A DNA stretch of 55,181 nt from Candidatus Magasanikiibacteriota bacterium. GTDB lineage: Bacteria; Patescibacteriota; Patescibacteriia; Magasanikbacterales; GWA2-37-8. A program made the translations under genes and the position numbers. Shown piece after piece: positions 25,788 to 36,097 of this stretch. The notes under the pieces were generated by a model. That model ran no database searches. It saw only the letters and a list, made by a program, of their open reading frames with translations, and was not told where the DNA came from. The stretch covers positions 1-55,181 of the forward strand of contig JBAYIZ010000007.1 in the NCBI GenBank assembly GCA_041665405.1. Direction: 5' to 3'. How positions within the stretch are numbered: the stretch's first letter is position 1; the number at the start of each line of letters is the position of its first letter.

Positions 25788-26402
25788 TTAATAGTTTTTT
25801 TCTAACACCATTAATTTTGTTTCTTCGGTTGGTAAATCTTTCTTTTTGATAATAATTTTTTTATCAGTGATATCTGGTTTGAGTCCAAGTACTTTTATAA
25901 AATCAGTCAGCGTACCAGCTTTTGGGTCGCTATCACATTGGTAGGCGATTGGAATCACAATACGTGGTTCCATCGCTGTCACCATATCGGCGGCATCTGC
26001 AGCAGACAAATATTCCTTGCCACCACCAACTGGGACAAACAAAATATCTGGTGTGCCTAGTTTTTCAATATATTCGGCATCCAGTTTTTTGGTAATTTTT
26101 CCAAGGTGTACCAAATTCAAATTTTCGGCATTAATTTTAAAAACTTGTCCGTCTTCACAAGGATAGCTATAACACATCACACCTTTGATTTCGCATTCAC
26201 CAGAAGTAGGAATCACAAAAGGGTCTTGAGAAAGTGTGGTGGCGTTGTCTTCACCATGAGAATATAGGGCAATCTGTGGAGTGAAGCTACGAGGGAACTC
26301 ACCAGTGTTTGGTTTGTATCCATCTATAATAATAGTAACATCCTCATCCAAATTTTTGGTCTGCAAACGGACGCAGGTCTGTCCAAGCCAGGAAATATGC
26401 AT
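25788..26402 (-). CDS. MBL-fold metal-dependent hydrolase (UPF0173-like)
   Basis: 204 aa. The MHISWLGQTCVRLQT N-terminus is typical of this small MBL family. Confidence 0.55.
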   Translation of the reverse strand: MHISWLGQTCVRLQTKNLDEDVTIIIDGYKPNTGEFPRSFTPQIALYSHGEDNATTLSQDPFVIPTSGECEIKGVMCYSYPCEDGQVFKINAENLNLVHLGKITKKLDAEYIEKLGTPDILFVPVGGGKEYLSAADAADMVTAMEPRIVIPIAYQCDSDPKAGTLTDFIKVLGLKPDITDKKIIIKKKDLPTEETKLMVLEKNY

Positions 26403-26560
26403 ATTTTATTGGTCAAAAATCGTTAAAAATTTGTTAAACAAAACTGGTAAAATTATATCATATTTGGGTATTGGTGGCAAGTAAAATATAGTAGTAAAAA
26501 GTGTATAAAAATGAGTAGGTATTTTTTGGATTTTTTTAAAATATTGACAAAATTTTGTCT

Positions 26561-26589
26561 TTGACAAAAGGGCAAAAATGTGCTATACT
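26561..26589 (+). promoter_or_regulatory. Sigma70-like promoter
   Basis: TTGACA, N17, TATACT. A 14-bp perfect palindrome GACAAAATTTTGTC (26546-26559) lies just upstream. Confidence 0.55.
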
Positions 26590-26622
26590 ATTTATATAAT
26601 TTGTGTAATTTATAATAAATAT

Positions 26623-28035
26623 ATGACAATAGACAAAAGACCAGAAGGCGATGTCTTAGCGCGAGCTAATGCTGCTTTGCAAGCGGCCAACATGGCCGAC
26701 ATAAATGCACAAGCCCAGTTAGAAGCGGAAGCGAAAGTCATTCGTGGTGAATTTGATGAACACCAGAAGGATGTTGATAAAAAGGGGGAGCAGTCTGATT
26801 TGATGAAAAAAATAGAAGAGAAGTTGGCAGAATTAATTGAAGCTGGGAAAAATGCGTCGGGAGATTTAAAATCCATATTGCAGACATCAATATCTGAATT
26901 ACAAGCTGCAAGACAAGAATTATCAGAAAAAATTGTGGCGACAGTTGCAGTAGAAAAACACGGCAAACCTAATTGGAGTACAGAGCACCCTGCTTTAAAA
27001 GAGATGAAAGATTTGCAAGATCTGGCACGACATTATTTAAACAATTATGCAGATGCGACCGATGCAATGGATGCTTTAATAAGTGAGGCGGGTCAGACTG
27101 ATACAGACCCCAAGAAACGTAAAGCCGCTATTGAAAAATTAACTAAATTGAAAAAAATATTAGAACAGATGCAGGTTGAGGAAATAAAGTTAGGTGAAGA
27201 AATAGCGGGGAGATTTTTAGAAAAACATAAAATTCCTGAATTGTTAGCCATGATAAACCGGGAACCAATGCTCATTGCAGCGAGTGGTTATGAAGATCCG
27301 GTAATTGATGAAGACAAAAAGAGACGAGGGGATTATAGATTTGGAGTTCCTCAAGCTACTATTGTGAGATCGCCGAGTGAATACACTGCACCATTTGATA
27401 GATCTTTGGGAAATAACTCAAATATCCAAGTTGTTGATCCTGAAGATCCAAAAAAATATCTTGTTAATCAGGATCATAGAGCAAAATTTAGAGAATTTTT
27501 TGATGTAAGTATACAAAACCCACAAAAATTAGCCGAAAAAAGATCGATTGGTAGAATTGAAGATCAATTTAATAGAAGTATAAAATTAATGGATGATGCT
27601 GCTCTTCAAATTGTGGGTTTGTTAAAGAAAAGTAAACAATTAGATGAAGGTTTGCATGCCGCGATAATTTTTAAGAAAAAAGAGACCGAAATGGTGGCTA
27701 GAAATTTGCAAGAAGTTGGTGACTTTTTTCAGGAAACAACCAAAGGTGGTCGTTTTAATTCTTTGCCTTATTTGAGAGGGTTATCTGAGGATTTATCTTT
27801 TGATCCTAAGGCCCTACAAGAAAAAGGCGCAGTTGTTTATCTTCAAGAAATTGCAGAGAAAATTAAAGTAGTAAAAACAAGATTATTAGAAACTTTGGAA
27901 GCTATCACGACAGCAAGATACTATTATAGAAATGGTTTTACAGATGCCGCGAACAGCTTAGAACATCGTTATATGGAAGTTGTTAAAATAAACAAATTGT
28001 TGCAAAAAATTATACCTTTAATACCATTAAGATAG
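26623..28035 (+). CDS. Hypothetical 470-aa protein, N-terminal coiled coil, no signal peptide or TM
   Basis: Start moved to MTIDKRPEG because the promoter -10 lies inside the longer ORF. No family recognised. Confidence 0.55.
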   Translation: MTIDKRPEGDVLARANAALQAANMADINAQAQLEAEAKVIRGEFDEHQKDVDKKGEQSDLMKKIEEKLAELIEAGKNASGDLKSILQTSISELQAARQELSEKIVATVAVEKHGKPNWSTEHPALKEMKDLQDLARHYLNNYADATDAMDALISEAGQTDTDPKKRKAAIEKLTKLKKILEQMQVEEIKLGEEIAGRFLEKHKIPELLAMINREPMLIAASGYEDPVIDEDKKRRGDYRFGVPQATIVRSPSEYTAPFDRSLGNNSNIQVVDPEDPKKYLVNQDHRAKFREFFDVSIQNPQKLAEKRSIGRIEDQFNRSIKLMDDAALQIVGLLKKSKQLDEGLHAAIIFKKKETEMVARNLQEVGDFFQETTKGGRFNSLPYLRGLSEDLSFDPKALQEKGAVVYLQEIAEKIKVVKTRLLETLEAITTARYYYRNGFTDAANSLEHRYMEVVKINKLLQKIIPLIPLR

Positions 28036-28053
28036 GTATCGTAAAAATTAATT

Positions 28054-28090
28054 AAAATATCCCTTAATGTGAATTTAGGGATATTTTAAT
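28054..28090 (+). terminator. Intrinsic terminator
   Basis: AAATATCCCT-N12-AGGGATATTTT. Confidence 0.7.
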
Positions 28091-28106
28091 TTTGGTGACT
28101 TATCTA

Positions 28107-28135
28107 TTGACAAATCCCTCAAAATAGTTTATTAT
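28107..28135 (+). promoter_or_regulatory. rpsA promoter
   Basis: TTGACA, N17, TATTAT. Confidence 0.55.
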
Positions 28136-28233
28136 ATTCCCATAAATCAAAACATTAAGCCGACCCAATTTAGTGGTTGGCACTCTATACCGATTCGTTC
28201 GGTAGGGGTTAAGCAGGTGTTTTTTTAATATAT

Positions 28234-29385
28234 ATGGCAGAATCAAAAACAGCCGCCGCTAAACAGGACTTCAAAACCCTATTGGCAGGCATGGCAATCA
28301 ACGTCCCAAAAGTGGGCGAGGTTGTAAAAGGTAAAGTAATTTCCGTAGACAGAGGCGAAGTTCGTCTCGATGTCGAAGGTGTGACCACTGGTGTTGTCCG
28401 TGGCCAAGAATTGTTTGTAGAATCACGCGAGTATGCTGGCCTAAAGGTTGGCGACGAAGCTGAGGCTACTGTAGTAGATTTGGAAAATGAAAATGGCGAG
28501 ATGGAACTTTCTTTCCGCATTGCTGGATATCAGCGTGCTTGGGATACCATGAAGAAATGGATGAAAGACGGTGTTACTATCAAAGCCAAAGTTGTTTCCG
28601 CCAACAAAGGTGGTTTGATGATGCGTGTAGATGCTTTGTCTGGTTTTATGCCAGTATCTCAGCTTTCTCCAGATAACTATCCTCGTGTTACTGGTGGTGA
28701 CAAGAATCGCATTTTGGATAAATTGCGTGAAATGCAAGGTAAAGAATTTGAAGTGAAGGTTATTGACGTTGATGAAAAAGAAGAAAAATTGATCGTTTCC
28801 GAACGTGCTGTTTGGGAAGATTCTCAGAAAGCTGTATTGGAAGCTTACAAGATTGGCGATATCGTCACTGGCGAAATCTCCGCTTTGACTTCCTTTGGTG
28901 CTTTTGTGAAATTTGGTGATGGCCTTGAAGGTCTTATCCATATTTCTGAAATCGCTTGGCAGAGAATTGATCACCCAAAGGATGTGTTGAAAGTGGGCGA
29001 TCAGGTAAAGGCTCAGATTATCCAACTCGATCACTCCAAGATTTATTTGTCTATCAAACGCTTGGTAGATGATCCTTGGAAAAAAGTAAAGGATAAATAT
29101 AAAATGAATGATAAAGTCACCGGTAAAATTATCAAAGTAGAACCATTCGGTTTAATGATTGCCCTAGACAAAGAAATTCATGGTTTGGCTCACATCTCTG
29201 AATTGTCTGATGAACCAGTAAGCAACATCAATGACAAATTCAAGGTAGGACAAGAATTAGAATTCGAAATAGTATCCTTGGAACCTGCTGAACACCGCCT
29301 CGGCTTGAAAGTCGCCGGTGTCAAAGGCAAGGTAAAGAAAGAGGAACCAAAGGCAGAAAAGAAAGCAGAAGAAAAAGCTGAATAA
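28234..29385 (+). CDS. rpsA: 30S ribosomal protein S1 (four S1 domains)
   Basis: 383 aa. Repeated GxxVxGxV...GfxVdl/GLIHISE S1-domain pattern and a Lys/Glu-rich tail. Confidence 0.85.
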   Translation: MAESKTAAAKQDFKTLLAGMAINVPKVGEVVKGKVISVDRGEVRLDVEGVTTGVVRGQELFVESREYAGLKVGDEAEATVVDLENENGEMELSFRIAGYQRAWDTMKKWMKDGVTIKAKVVSANKGGLMMRVDALSGFMPVSQLSPDNYPRVTGGDKNRILDKLREMQGKEFEVKVIDVDEKEEKLIVSERAVWEDSQKAVLEAYKIGDIVTGEISALTSFGAFVKFGDGLEGLIHISEIAWQRIDHPKDVLKVGDQVKAQIIQLDHSKIYLSIKRLVDDPWKKVKDKYKMNDKVTGKIIKVEPFGLMIALDKEIHGLAHISELSDEPVSNINDKFKVGQELEFEIVSLEPAEHRLGLKVAGVKGKVKKEEPKAEKKAEEKAE

Positions 29386-29398
29386 TCAACTTTTTAAA

Positions 29399-29429
29399 CA
29401 AGCCCCGATTCAATCGGGGCTTTTGTTTT
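29399..29429 (+). terminator. Intrinsic terminator
   Basis: AAGCCCCGATTCAATCGGGGCTTTTGTTTT. Confidence 0.8.
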
Positions 29430-29501
29430 GGAGCTTGATTTTGTTGGAAATATAGGGTAGTATTACCTTTATATTAATTAGCTAGTGAATTACAATATTT
29501 T

Positions 29502-31346
29502 ATGAAAAACTTTTTAAAGAATTTTTTGGCGATATTTCTGGTGTTACTGGTGGTAGCCGGTGTTTTGGGTTTGACCAAATCTGGTGAAAGCAAAAAACCA
29601 GACCAGATAAACACAGTCAAAATGGTAGAAGAAATCAACGCTGGACTGGTGCAATCGGTCACGGTGCAAGGTGATTTGTTGACTGTAAAATTGAAAGATG
29701 CAAATGCCAAATTGCAGGAAGCCAAAAAGGAAACAGGCGAATCATTTGGTGATATTATGAAGAACTATGGCGTGGCTGATGCGGCTCGCAATAGTATCGC
29801 TGTTGAAATCAAAGATCAAACTTCGTGGAAATTTTGGATGTCTAATCTTTTGCCAGCAATAATTCCATTGGTCATCATTATGGTATTTCTATATTTCATG
29901 ACTAGAGGCGTACAAGGTGCAAATAATAAAGCGATGGGTTTTGGACAAAGCAACCCACGCCAAGCAGGTACAGATCCAAAAGATAAAAAAACTTTTGCAG
30001 ATGTGGCTGGTGCCAAGGAAGCAAAGATGGAATTGGAAGAAATTGTAGATTTTTTGAAAGATCCAAAAAAGTTTGCTGATATGGGAGCCAAGATTCCTAA
30101 AGGTGTTTTACTCATGGGTGCTCCTGGTACTGGTAAGACATTGTTGGCCAAGGCAGTAGCCGGTGAAGCTGGTGTACAATTTTTCCATATGAGTGGTTCT
30201 GAATTTGTGGAGATGTTTGTGGGTGTGGGTGCCTCTCGTGTGCGTGATTTATTTTCTAAAGCAAAAAAAGCCGCTCCAGCTATCGTGTTTATTGATGAAA
30301 TAGATGCAGTTGGTCGCAGACGTGGTACAGGTATGGGTGGAGGACATGATGAACGTGAACAGACATTGAATCAAATTTTAGTTGAAATGGATGGCTTTGA
30401 AGCCAACTTGGGAGTGATTGTGATGGCCGCCACCAACCGTCCAGATGTATTGGATCCTGCGCTATTGCGTCCAGGTCGTTTTGATCGTCGTGTAGTTATC
30501 GATTTGCCAGACATGAAAGACCGTGAAGAAATTTTAGTAGTTCATGCCAAAGGTAAACCAATCGAAAAAGAAGTTTCTTTAAATAAATTGGCTCAACGCA
30601 CTCCAGGATTTTCTGGTGCGGATTTGGCCAACCTTTTGAATGAAGCCGCTATCTTGGCCGTTCGTCGCAATAAAAAAACTGTGGGAGAAAGTGAAGTGTT
30701 GGAAAGTATTGAAAAAGTATTGCTCGGGCCAGAAAGAAAGAATAGAATCGTGAGTGATCTTGAAAAAAAGATGACTGCCTATCATGAGGCTGGACATGCG
30801 ATAGTGGGACATTATTTGCCACATTGTGATCCAGTGCGCAAGGTGTCTATTATTTCTCGTGGACAAGCTGGTGGCTATACATTGAACATGCCTTCTGAGG
30901 ATAGACATTATCACACATTGGCTCAATTTAGAGATGAATTGGCGATGATGATGGGTGGTTATGTTATTGAAAAAATGATTTTTGGTGATGGTATGATTTC
31001 TACTGGTCCAAGTTCCGATTTGAAACATGCTACCAAAACTGCCAAAGATATGGTCACTCGCTATGGTATGAGTGATAAACTCGGTCCACGCACCTTTGGG
31101 GAGCATGAAGAAATGATTTTCTTGGGCAAAGAAATTCACGAACAGCGTGATTATAGCGACAAAACAGCCGAGGAAATTGATAAAGAAGTAAAAGCTCTAG
31201 TTGAAGAAGGTGAGAAACGAGCCAAAGAAATTATCGGCGAAAATAAGGTCAAAATGGAAGAGTTGGTCAAGGAATTGATGGAAAAAGAGACCATTGAACA
31301 AGATGAAATTATCAGAGTGCTTGGTCAGCGTCCTTTAGCTCAATAA
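29502..31346 (+). CDS. ftsH: ATP-dependent zinc metalloprotease FtsH
   Basis: 614 aa. Walker [12 protein letters not shown] region and HEAGHA zinc site. Confidence 0.95.
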   Translation: MKNFLKNFLAIFLVLLVVAGVLGLTKSGESKKPDQINTVKMVEEINAGLVQSVTVQGDLLTVKLKDANAKLQEAKKETGESFGDIMKNYGVADAARNSIAVEIKDQTSWKFWMSNLLPAIIPLVIIMVFLYFMTRGVQGANNKAMGFGQSNPRQAGTDPKDKKTFADVAGAKEAKMELEEIVDFLKDPKKFADMGAKIPKGVLLMGAPGTGKTLLAKAVAGEAGVQFFHMSGSEFVEMFVGVGASRVRDLFSKAKKAAPAIVFIDEIDAVGRRRGTGMGGGHDEREQTLNQILVEMDGFEANLGVIVMAATNRPDVLDPALLRPGRFDRRVVIDLPDMKDREEILVVHAKGKPIEKEVSLNKLAQRTPGFSGADLANLLNEAAILAVRRNKKTVGESEVLESIEKVLLGPERKNRIVSDLEKKMTAYHEAGHAIVGHYLPHCDPVRKVSIISRGQAGGYTLNMPSEDRHYHTLAQFRDELAMMMGGYVIEKMIFGDGMISTGPSSDLKHATKTAKDMVTRYGMSDKLGPRTFGEHEEMIFLGKEIHEQRDYSDKTAEEIDKEVKALVEEGEKRAKEIIGENKVKMEELVKELMEKETIEQDEIIRVLGQRPLAQ

Positions 31347-31352
31347 TGATAG

Positions 31353-31385
31353 AAAAAAATACACAGGGTAACCTGTGTATTTTTG
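31353..31385 (+). terminator. Intrinsic terminator
   Basis: AAAAAATACACAGG-GTAA-CCTGTGTATTTTTG. Confidence 0.8.
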
Positions 31386-31454
31386 TTTATCCTTACAAAA
31401 TATGTTATAATGATAATAGTCGGCAAAATTAATTGCCAATTGTTATTTGTATAT

Positions 31455-32426
31455 ATGCACGAACCAACATTTCGCCAAGCCATAACTCGTTCTTGGCAAT
31501 TGGTAGCGCAAAAAAAATCTTTGTGGATATTTGGATTATTATCTGCCGTTATTGGGCAGATGGGTTTGAGTGATTTTGTGGGGATGTTATATAAAACAGC
31601 CAACGAAGGTTTTCGTATATACAAATTAAATTTATTTTTTGAATTTTTCAGCGCTTGGAATTGGCATAAGGTATCGGTTGTATTATTAATGCTTTGGTTT
31701 GTCGGTATTATTTTAATTTTATTGGCCGCTATTATATTTGTAGCCGTGAGTGCTAGAGGAGCTATCATCGCGTACGCCATTCATTGGTATAAAAAAGACA
31801 GTATATTGCTATTGTCTGATGCGTGGAATAAAGGCGTGCACAAATTTTTTCCGCTATTGGCAATCTCAGCTGTTGGCAGAAGTTTACAATTGATTATTAT
31901 TTATTTATTTTCATTGTTGGCGTTGAGATTAGTCCAAAACGGTACGCTGTCTAGTAATTTATTATTGATATTATCTGCTGGTGCTGGTTTATTTTTGGCT
32001 TTAGTGATCGAGTCAGTTTCTATTTATAGTAGTGGATATTTGTTATTACAAAAAGAAGAATTAATTCGTGCCGTAAAAAAAGGTTGGAATTTATTTTTAG
32101 ATCATTTGATGGTATCTCTAGAATTGGGGATAGTGCTGATGTTGTTTAGTGCAGTATTTTTGGGAATAGTAATTTATGGTTCCTTCATTGCGTTCATCCC
32201 CTCATTTTTGATGTGGATTGTAGCCGGATTTTCTGGTTTGAAATTCTTGGTGGGTTTTGGAATTTATACAGGTGTTGCTCTTTATTCCGCTTTAGTATTG
32301 GTAGTAGCCGGCGTTTTCAATGCTTTTGTGACCTGTGCCTGGGTGTATTTGTTTATGAAAATGCATCACGAAGGAGTAGTTAGCAGAGTAATCCATTTTT
32401 TAAAAAATCTATTTAGAAGATCCTAA
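31455..32426 (+). CDS. Hypothetical polytopic membrane protein
   Basis: About 323 aa from MHEPTF. An extended -10 TGTTATAAT lies upstream, inside the longer ORF. Multiple TM helices. Confidence 0.5.
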   Translation: MHEPTFRQAITRSWQLVAQKKSLWIFGLLSAVIGQMGLSDFVGMLYKTANEGFRIYKLNLFFEFFSAWNWHKVSVVLLMLWFVGIILILLAAIIFVAVSARGAIIAYAIHWYKKDSILLLSDAWNKGVHKFFPLLAISAVGRSLQLIIIYLFSLLALRLVQNGTLSSNLLLILSAGAGLFLALVIESVSIYSSGYLLLQKEELIRAVKKGWNLFLDHLMVSLELGIVLMLFSAVFLGIVIYGSFIAFIPSFLMWIVAGFSGLKFLVGFGIYTGVALYSALVLVVAGVFNAFVTCAWVYLFMKMHHEGVVSRVIHFLKNLFRRS

Positions 32427-32428
32427 TT

Positions 32429-34156
32429 ATGTCGACAGATTTTCCCTCGATTAGTAATTTGTTACCAAAAACCCCTGTCGCTGGAGCCCCATCCGTCAAA
32501 CAAACGATGGATAGTTCTACTGCAAAGTTTTCTCAACAAATGAAGAAAATTGAACTCAAAGAAAAAGAAGGTATTGTCAAAGAGAATGCTCAGGCGCTGG
32601 GTTTGCCATATATCGACTTAAGTGCTTTTCCGGTTGCGGCCGAAGCTTTGCGAATTTTTCCAGAATCATTGGTTCTGGAAAAGGGAGTTGTGTGTTTTTA
32701 TTTCACACCAGAAGAAATTCGTGTTGGTTGCATTGAACCAAATAAAGAATTGGACGACTTTTTATCTCAGTTAGGTGAGCGTCATCATGCTCCAGTAGTT
32801 TTGCATTTGATTTCTGAAAACAGTTTTGAACACGTCGTAAAATTATATGCAAATTTGCCAATCGTAAAAGCGATTTCCAAAGATATAAATATTACCGATG
32901 AAGAATTGAATAAGTTTGGAGAACATATTAGTAATTTACAGATTTTACAAGAAAAATTTGTGAATGTTTCGGTGACGGATATTTTGAGTTTGATGATTGC
33001 CGCCGCTTTGAAAATAAATTCATCTGATATCCATGTGGAGGCAGAAGAAAATGGTATTGCAGTGCGTTATCGTATCGATGGTATTTTACACGACGTGGCT
33101 ACTCTACCAAAAGAACAATGGAAGCGATTTGTGTCGCGTATTAAATTGTTGTCTGCCTTGAAAATTAATGTTACTGATCGGCCGCAAGATGGACGTGTGA
33201 CTTTGGCCCTGCAGTCTGGAAATCTGGACGTTCGTGTCTCTACCATGCCTACTATACACGGTGAGAGTGTGGTAATGCGTATTTTGCATAGTGGTAGTAA
33301 AGGGGTGACCTTTGATGAACTTGGACTGCGCGGTGACGCTTACAAGCGCCTAAAACGTGAAACGGAGAGACCAAACGGTATGATTATCACTACTGGTCCT
33401 ACTGGATCTGGTAAAACAACCACCTTGTATAGTATTTTGCGTACATTGAACAAACCTGGGGTCAAGATTATCACATTGGAAGACCCTATTGAAATCAAAA
33501 TGGACGGTATCAATCAGAGTCAGGTAGATATTTCCAAAGATTATACTTTTGCCAAAGGTTTACGCAGTATTTTGCGCCAAGATCCAGATATTTGTATGGT
33601 CGGTGAAATCCGTGACCTAGAAAGTGCTGAGATCGCTATTCAGGCCGCGCTCACCGGTCATTTGATGTTGTCTACAATTCATACCAATAGTGCATCTGGC
33701 GTTATTCCACGTTTCCTTTCTATGGGAGTGAAGCCGTTTTTGTTGGCACCATCATTGAACGCCGTGATTGGCCAACGCTTGGTGCGTCGTATCTGTGAAT
33801 TTTGTAAAGAAGAGGAAAAGGTAGAGGGGACAGAAAAACTTGAACGTGCCAAAAAAATGCTTTCCGAGCTACCAGAAACAGAAAAGGTGAATGTTAATTT
33901 TAATGATTTACATTTTTATATCGGAAAGGGTTGTGAAAAATGTAGTGGGTTAGGATACAAAGGACGTATTGGTGTTTATGAAATTTTCACTATGACTAAA
34001 GAAGTGGAACAAATTATTTTGAGTACCGAAGTTTCTGAGTATAAAATTGAAGAATTGGCAGTAAAAAACGGTATGACTACCATGGTTCAAGACGGTTTGT
34101 TGAAGGCTCTGGATAAAATTACCTCACTGGATGAAGTTTTCCGCGTGACCGAGTAG
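32429..34156 (+). CDS. GspE/PilB-family secretion/pilus assembly ATPase
   Basis: 575 aa. N-terminal T2SSE_N-like region, Walker A GPTGSGKTTT and tetracysteine CEFC...CEKC. Confidence 0.85.
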   Translation: MSTDFPSISNLLPKTPVAGAPSVKQTMDSSTAKFSQQMKKIELKEKEGIVKENAQALGLPYIDLSAFPVAAEALRIFPESLVLEKGVVCFYFTPEEIRVGCIEPNKELDDFLSQLGERHHAPVVLHLISENSFEHVVKLYANLPIVKAISKDINITDEELNKFGEHISNLQILQEKFVNVSVTDILSLMIAAALKINSSDIHVEAEENGIAVRYRIDGILHDVATLPKEQWKRFVSRIKLLSALKINVTDRPQDGRVTLALQSGNLDVRVSTMPTIHGESVVMRILHSGSKGVTFDELGLRGDAYKRLKRETERPNGMIITTGPTGSGKTTTLYSILRTLNKPGVKIITLEDPIEIKMDGINQSQVDISKDYTFAKGLRSILRQDPDICMVGEIRDLESAEIAIQAALTGHLMLSTIHTNSASGVIPRFLSMGVKPFLLAPSLNAVIGQRLVRRICEFCKEEEKVEGTEKLERAKKMLSELPETEKVNVNFNDLHFYIGKGCEKCSGLGYKGRIGVYEIFTMTKEVEQIILSTEVSEYKIEELAVKNGMTTMVQDGLLKALDKITSLDEVFRVTE

Positions 34157-34208
34157 GTGAAAAAACAATTTTGTGGTATAATAAATTTATCTTAATAAAA
34201 ATTTTATT

Positions 34209-35357
34209 ATGCGCGTTCGTCATACTGAAACTCGTGCTCAGTTTTCTGAGCCATCGGTAAATTTTTATCGAACTATTGCTTTGTCTTTTTTAGTTGTCAC
34301 CATTGGCTTGCTGGCCGTGGTGGTTTTTGTTACATCGAAAAAAGCGACCATTACAATTTTGGCTAAAGAGGATACTCGTAGTGTCAACTTGACGGTGGGT
34401 GTTAGCACAGGTAGTGGTTCATTGGGGGATAATACTATTATAGGTACAGTTTCTTCATCAATGATAAATTTTTCACAAAAATATTTTCCTACTGGTTCCA
34501 AAACCATCGAAGGTTTAGCCGGAGGTGAAGTTGTTTTATATAATAAGACTGGTGAATCTCAGGTTTTGGTGAAGACAACTCGTTTAGTGACTGATAAAGG
34601 TATCTTATTTAGATTGTCGGACAAGGTTTCTATCCCGGCCAGCGGGCAAATAGTCGCTACAGTATATGCAGACAAAGCCGGCCCTGATAGCGATATAGGC
34701 CCTAGCCAATTTACTATTCCTGGATTGGCGGCGGAAAAACAAAAAGTAGTTTACGCCGAGAGTCTAAAACCGATGGCGACGGGCATTCGCAAAGTTGGTA
34801 TTTTGACTGAAGATGATGTCAAAACCGCTAGTAAGGATTTTGAAGAAAAAATAAAAGAACAATATAGTATTGTTGTAGGAGACGAAAACCAAAAAAGCGT
34901 AGTGACGGTTATTGGTGCCAATCCAAAAGTGGACAAAAAAGTTGGTGAAGAAGTAGACGGATTTAATTTGAGCGGAACTAGTACAGTAGTGGTAATATCT
35001 TATGACAAGAAAAGTTTAAATGACGCTGTTTCTAAAGTGGTGTCATCGAAGGTGGACAATACTTTAGAAAAAGTTTTGACTGTGACCAATGACCCAAAAG
35101 TGTCCGTACTATCATATGACCAATCTACCAAAACCGCCCAGTTGGCGGTGTCACAAGATGTGTTAGTGACCTTAGATGCCAACGCCGAAAAATTATCCCC
35201 TCAATATTTTATGAATAAAAGTAAAGACAATATTGAAAGGTATGTGTTTGAGTTGAACCATGTGGCTGGGGTAGAAGTGAAATTTTCGCCTTCATGGATA
35301 AGTAAAGCTCCAAATGTACCAGATAAAATAAAAGTGGTGGTTAAAAATGTAAAATAG
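34209..35357 (+). CDS. Hypothetical N-terminally anchored extracytoplasmic protein
   Basis: 382 aa with one N-terminal TM (IALSFLVVTIGLLAVVVFV). No family recognised. Confidence 0.5.
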   Translation: MRVRHTETRAQFSEPSVNFYRTIALSFLVVTIGLLAVVVFVTSKKATITILAKEDTRSVNLTVGVSTGSGSLGDNTIIGTVSSSMINFSQKYFPTGSKTIEGLAGGEVVLYNKTGESQVLVKTTRLVTDKGILFRLSDKVSIPASGQIVATVYADKAGPDSDIGPSQFTIPGLAAEKQKVVYAESLKPMATGIRKVGILTEDDVKTASKDFEEKIKEQYSIVVGDENQKSVVTVIGANPKVDKKVGEEVDGFNLSGTSTVVVISYDKKSLNDAVSKVVSSKVDNTLEKVLTVTNDPKVSVLSYDQSTKTAQLAVSQDVLVTLDANAEKLSPQYFMNKSKDNIERYVFELNHVAGVEVKFSPSWISKAPNVPDKIKVVVKNVK

Positions 35358-35361
35358 AGAT

Positions 35362-35390
35362 TTGACAGATTTTACCCTTTAATTTAATAT
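35362..35390 (+). promoter_or_regulatory. Promoter of the T-box leader / GNAT-thrS unit
   Basis: TTGACA, N17, TAATAT. Confidence 0.55.
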
Positions 35391-35396
35391 AGACAC

Positions 35397-35547
35397 AGGT
35401 GATTGAAGCGGCTACCAACTGCTTTCCGTAAGGATCCCTTCTGCCAATGGTGGACTGGGGCTAAGCCAAAAAATGAGTGAAACATTCGGGTGGAACCGTC
35501 TAGGAAATCCCTTGACCCCGATATCTTTGTTTAGATATCGGTTTTTT
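35397..35547 (+). promoter_or_regulatory. Candidate T-box riboswitch leader, specifier ACC (Thr)
   Basis: GGGTGGAACCG at 35488-35498 resembles the T-box core GGGUGGnACCG. The 3' strand of a possible antiterminator (CCCCGAT) overlaps the terminator stem CCGATATCT-TTGTTT-AGATATCGG plus T6. Hairpin AAGCGG-CUACCAA-CUGCUU (35406-35424) presents ACC followed by A. Confidence 0.55.
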
Positions 35548-35555
35548 ATTTTTAT

Positions 35556-36092
35556 ATGAAAGTGCCAATAATAAAATGTAAGAGAATTACATTGCGTCCG
35601 TTAAGTGTGAAGGACGCTAATATTTTTATAAGTTGGTTTCGTGATAAGGAAGTGACTAAATATTTAATATTACAAAAAGCACCATCTTTGAGAAATGAAA
35701 TAAAATGGATAAAGGATAGGATCAAGTCAAAAGAAAATTATGTCTGGTCTATGCTTAATGAAAATAACCAGTTGGTTGGTAATATTGATATTAGGTATAA
35801 TTATGTTAATCACGTCGGCAATTTTGGTATTGTGATCGGCGATAAACAATCTTGGGGTTTGGGGTATGGTGCCGAGGCCTTTGAAGCTATCATTGCTTTT
35901 GCTTTTAAAAAATTAAAATGTAATCGGGTTGATTTATTTGTATATGCAGGTAATGGGCGCGCAAAGAAATTGTATAAAAAATTAGGTTTTGTTTATGAAG
36001 GAAAACAAAGACAAAGATATTTTAATTTAATTACTAAAAAGTTCGAAGATAGTGAGATATATAGTATCTTGCGTCAAGAATATAAAAAATAA
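35556..36092 (+). CDS. GNAT-family N-acetyltransferase (RimJ/RimL-like)
   Basis: 178 aa. ITLRPLSVKDA start and WGLGYGAEAFEAII acetyl-CoA region. Confidence 0.75.
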   Translation: MKVPIIKCKRITLRPLSVKDANIFISWFRDKEVTKYLILQKAPSLRNEIKWIKDRIKSKENYVWSMLNENNQLVGNIDIRYNYVNHVGNFGIVIGDKQSWGLGYGAEAFEAIIAFAFKKLKCNRVDLFVYAGNGRAKKLYKKLGFVYEGKQRQRYFNLITKKFEDSEIYSILRQEYKK

Positions 36093-36097
36093 TATAT

